Shown here: in pieces, positions 14,768 to 15,422 of the stretch | Layout of the letters: every line of letters begins with the position of its first letter | How positions within the stretch are numbered: position 1 is the stretch's first letter | From: Hadesarchaea archaeon | Lineage (GTDB): Archaea > Hadarchaeota > Hadarchaeia > Hadarchaeales > Hadarchaeaceae | Direction: 5' to 3' | Assembly (NCBI GenBank): GCA_030619825.1 | Contig: JAUXAS010000014.1 | Coordinates: forward strand, 1-15,422 | DNA: 15,422 nt | The notes under the pieces: model-generated | Told to the model about the DNA's origin: nothing | Database searches by the model: none | The model's input: the letters and a program-made list of their open reading frames with translations, nothing else | Position numbers and translations under genes: made by a program

Positions 14768-15421
14768 TTAACCCTTTGTGACTCCCACAGGTTTCAAGCG
14801 TGCGATCATTCGAGCGATGCCGGCATCGTGGCTGACCTTTACAACGCGGTCGACATCCTTGTATGCCAAGGGCGCCTCCTCAGCGATGATAGATATCTTA
14901 GCAGGGTGCACGATGATCCCCCTGCTCTCGAGTTCGCGCTTGACATCTTCTCCCAAGAATTGCCTGCGTGCGGCAGTCCGGCTCATGTGACGGCCTGAAC
15001 CGTGGGCTGTCGAAGCGAAGGTCTCCTGCATCCCTTGTTTCGTACCGACGAGCACGTATGAAGCGGTGCCCATCGTTCCAGGGATTAGCACGGGTTGCCC
15101 GACATCGCGGTAAATTGCAGGTACATCCGGATGTCCGGGCCCGAAAGCCCTCGTCGCTCCCTTACGGTGAACGTAAACTTTTCGGCGCCCGCCATCAACT
15201 TCATGCTCCTCGAGTTTTGCGATATTGTGTGCAACGTCGTAGATGATGTCCATACCCAGGCTCTCCGCATCCTTTCCGAGAACTTGCTCGAAGGACTGCC
15301 GAACCCAGTGAACGATCATCTGACGGTTTGTCCAAGCGTAGTTAGCTGCGCAGGCCATCGCCGAGAAGTAGGCTTGCCCCTCAGGCGAAGTCACGGGCAC
15401 GTTCACGAGTTCTCGATCGGG
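14768..15421 (-). CDS. rtcB: RNA-splicing ligase RtcB, C-terminal part (5' end outside the window)
   Basis: PDRELVNVP...[10 protein letters not shown]...[13 protein letters not shown]...[10 protein letters not shown]...[10 protein letters not shown]...STAHGSGR...[10 protein letters not shown]...LKPVGVTKG; frame open to the window edge. Confidence 0.96.
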   Translation of the reverse strand, partial: PDRELVNVPVTSPEGQAYFSAMACAANYAWTNRQMIVHWVRQSFEQVLGKDAESLGMDIIYDVAHNIAKLEEHEVDGGRRKVYVHRKGATRAFGPGHPDVPAIYRDVGQPVLIPGTMGTASYVLVGTKQGMQETFASTAHGSGRHMSRTAARRQFLGEDVKRELESRGIIVHPAKISIIAEEAPLAYKDVDRVVKVSHDAGIARMIARLKPVGVTKG

Positions 15422-15422
15422 C

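Noticed and set aside
104..15246. Many plus-strand ORFs of 60-223 aa in the track
   Set aside because: All are antisense shadows of well-identified minus-strand genes, with no recognisable motifs.
14768..15421. Possible intein in RtcB
   Set aside because: The visible C-terminal part is collinear with ordinary RtcB motifs; the N-terminal half is outside the window.

Overview
Archaeal S10-spc ribosomal protein gene cluster, entirely on the minus strand. In transcription order: rtcB (partial), SPOUT RNA methyltransferase, L3, L4, L23, L2, S19, L22, S3, L29, aIF1/SUI1, RNase P subunit Rpp29, S17, [insert], L14, L24, S4e, L5, S14, S8, L6 (partial). Three things stand out. (1) The normally adjacent S17 and L14 genes are split by a ~5.4 kb, lower-GC, integrase-free metabolic cassette (thiolase, SDR reductase, family I CoA-transferase, MOFRL glycerate kinase). 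It is bracketed by a 48-bp imperfect direct repeat (44/48 identical) of the S17 3' end, resembling an attL/attR integration scar in a ribosomal protein gene. (2) The cassette's SDR has an N-terminal extension that looks like a DUF35-type OB-fold lacking the Zn ribbon, suggesting a thiolase-scaffold/ketoacyl-CoA reductase fusion. (3) The gene for the start-codon fidelity factor aIF1 appears to start at CUG, with a competing out-of-frame AUG just upstream, suggesting translational autoregulation. All calls are from motif recognition by eye; no searches were run.
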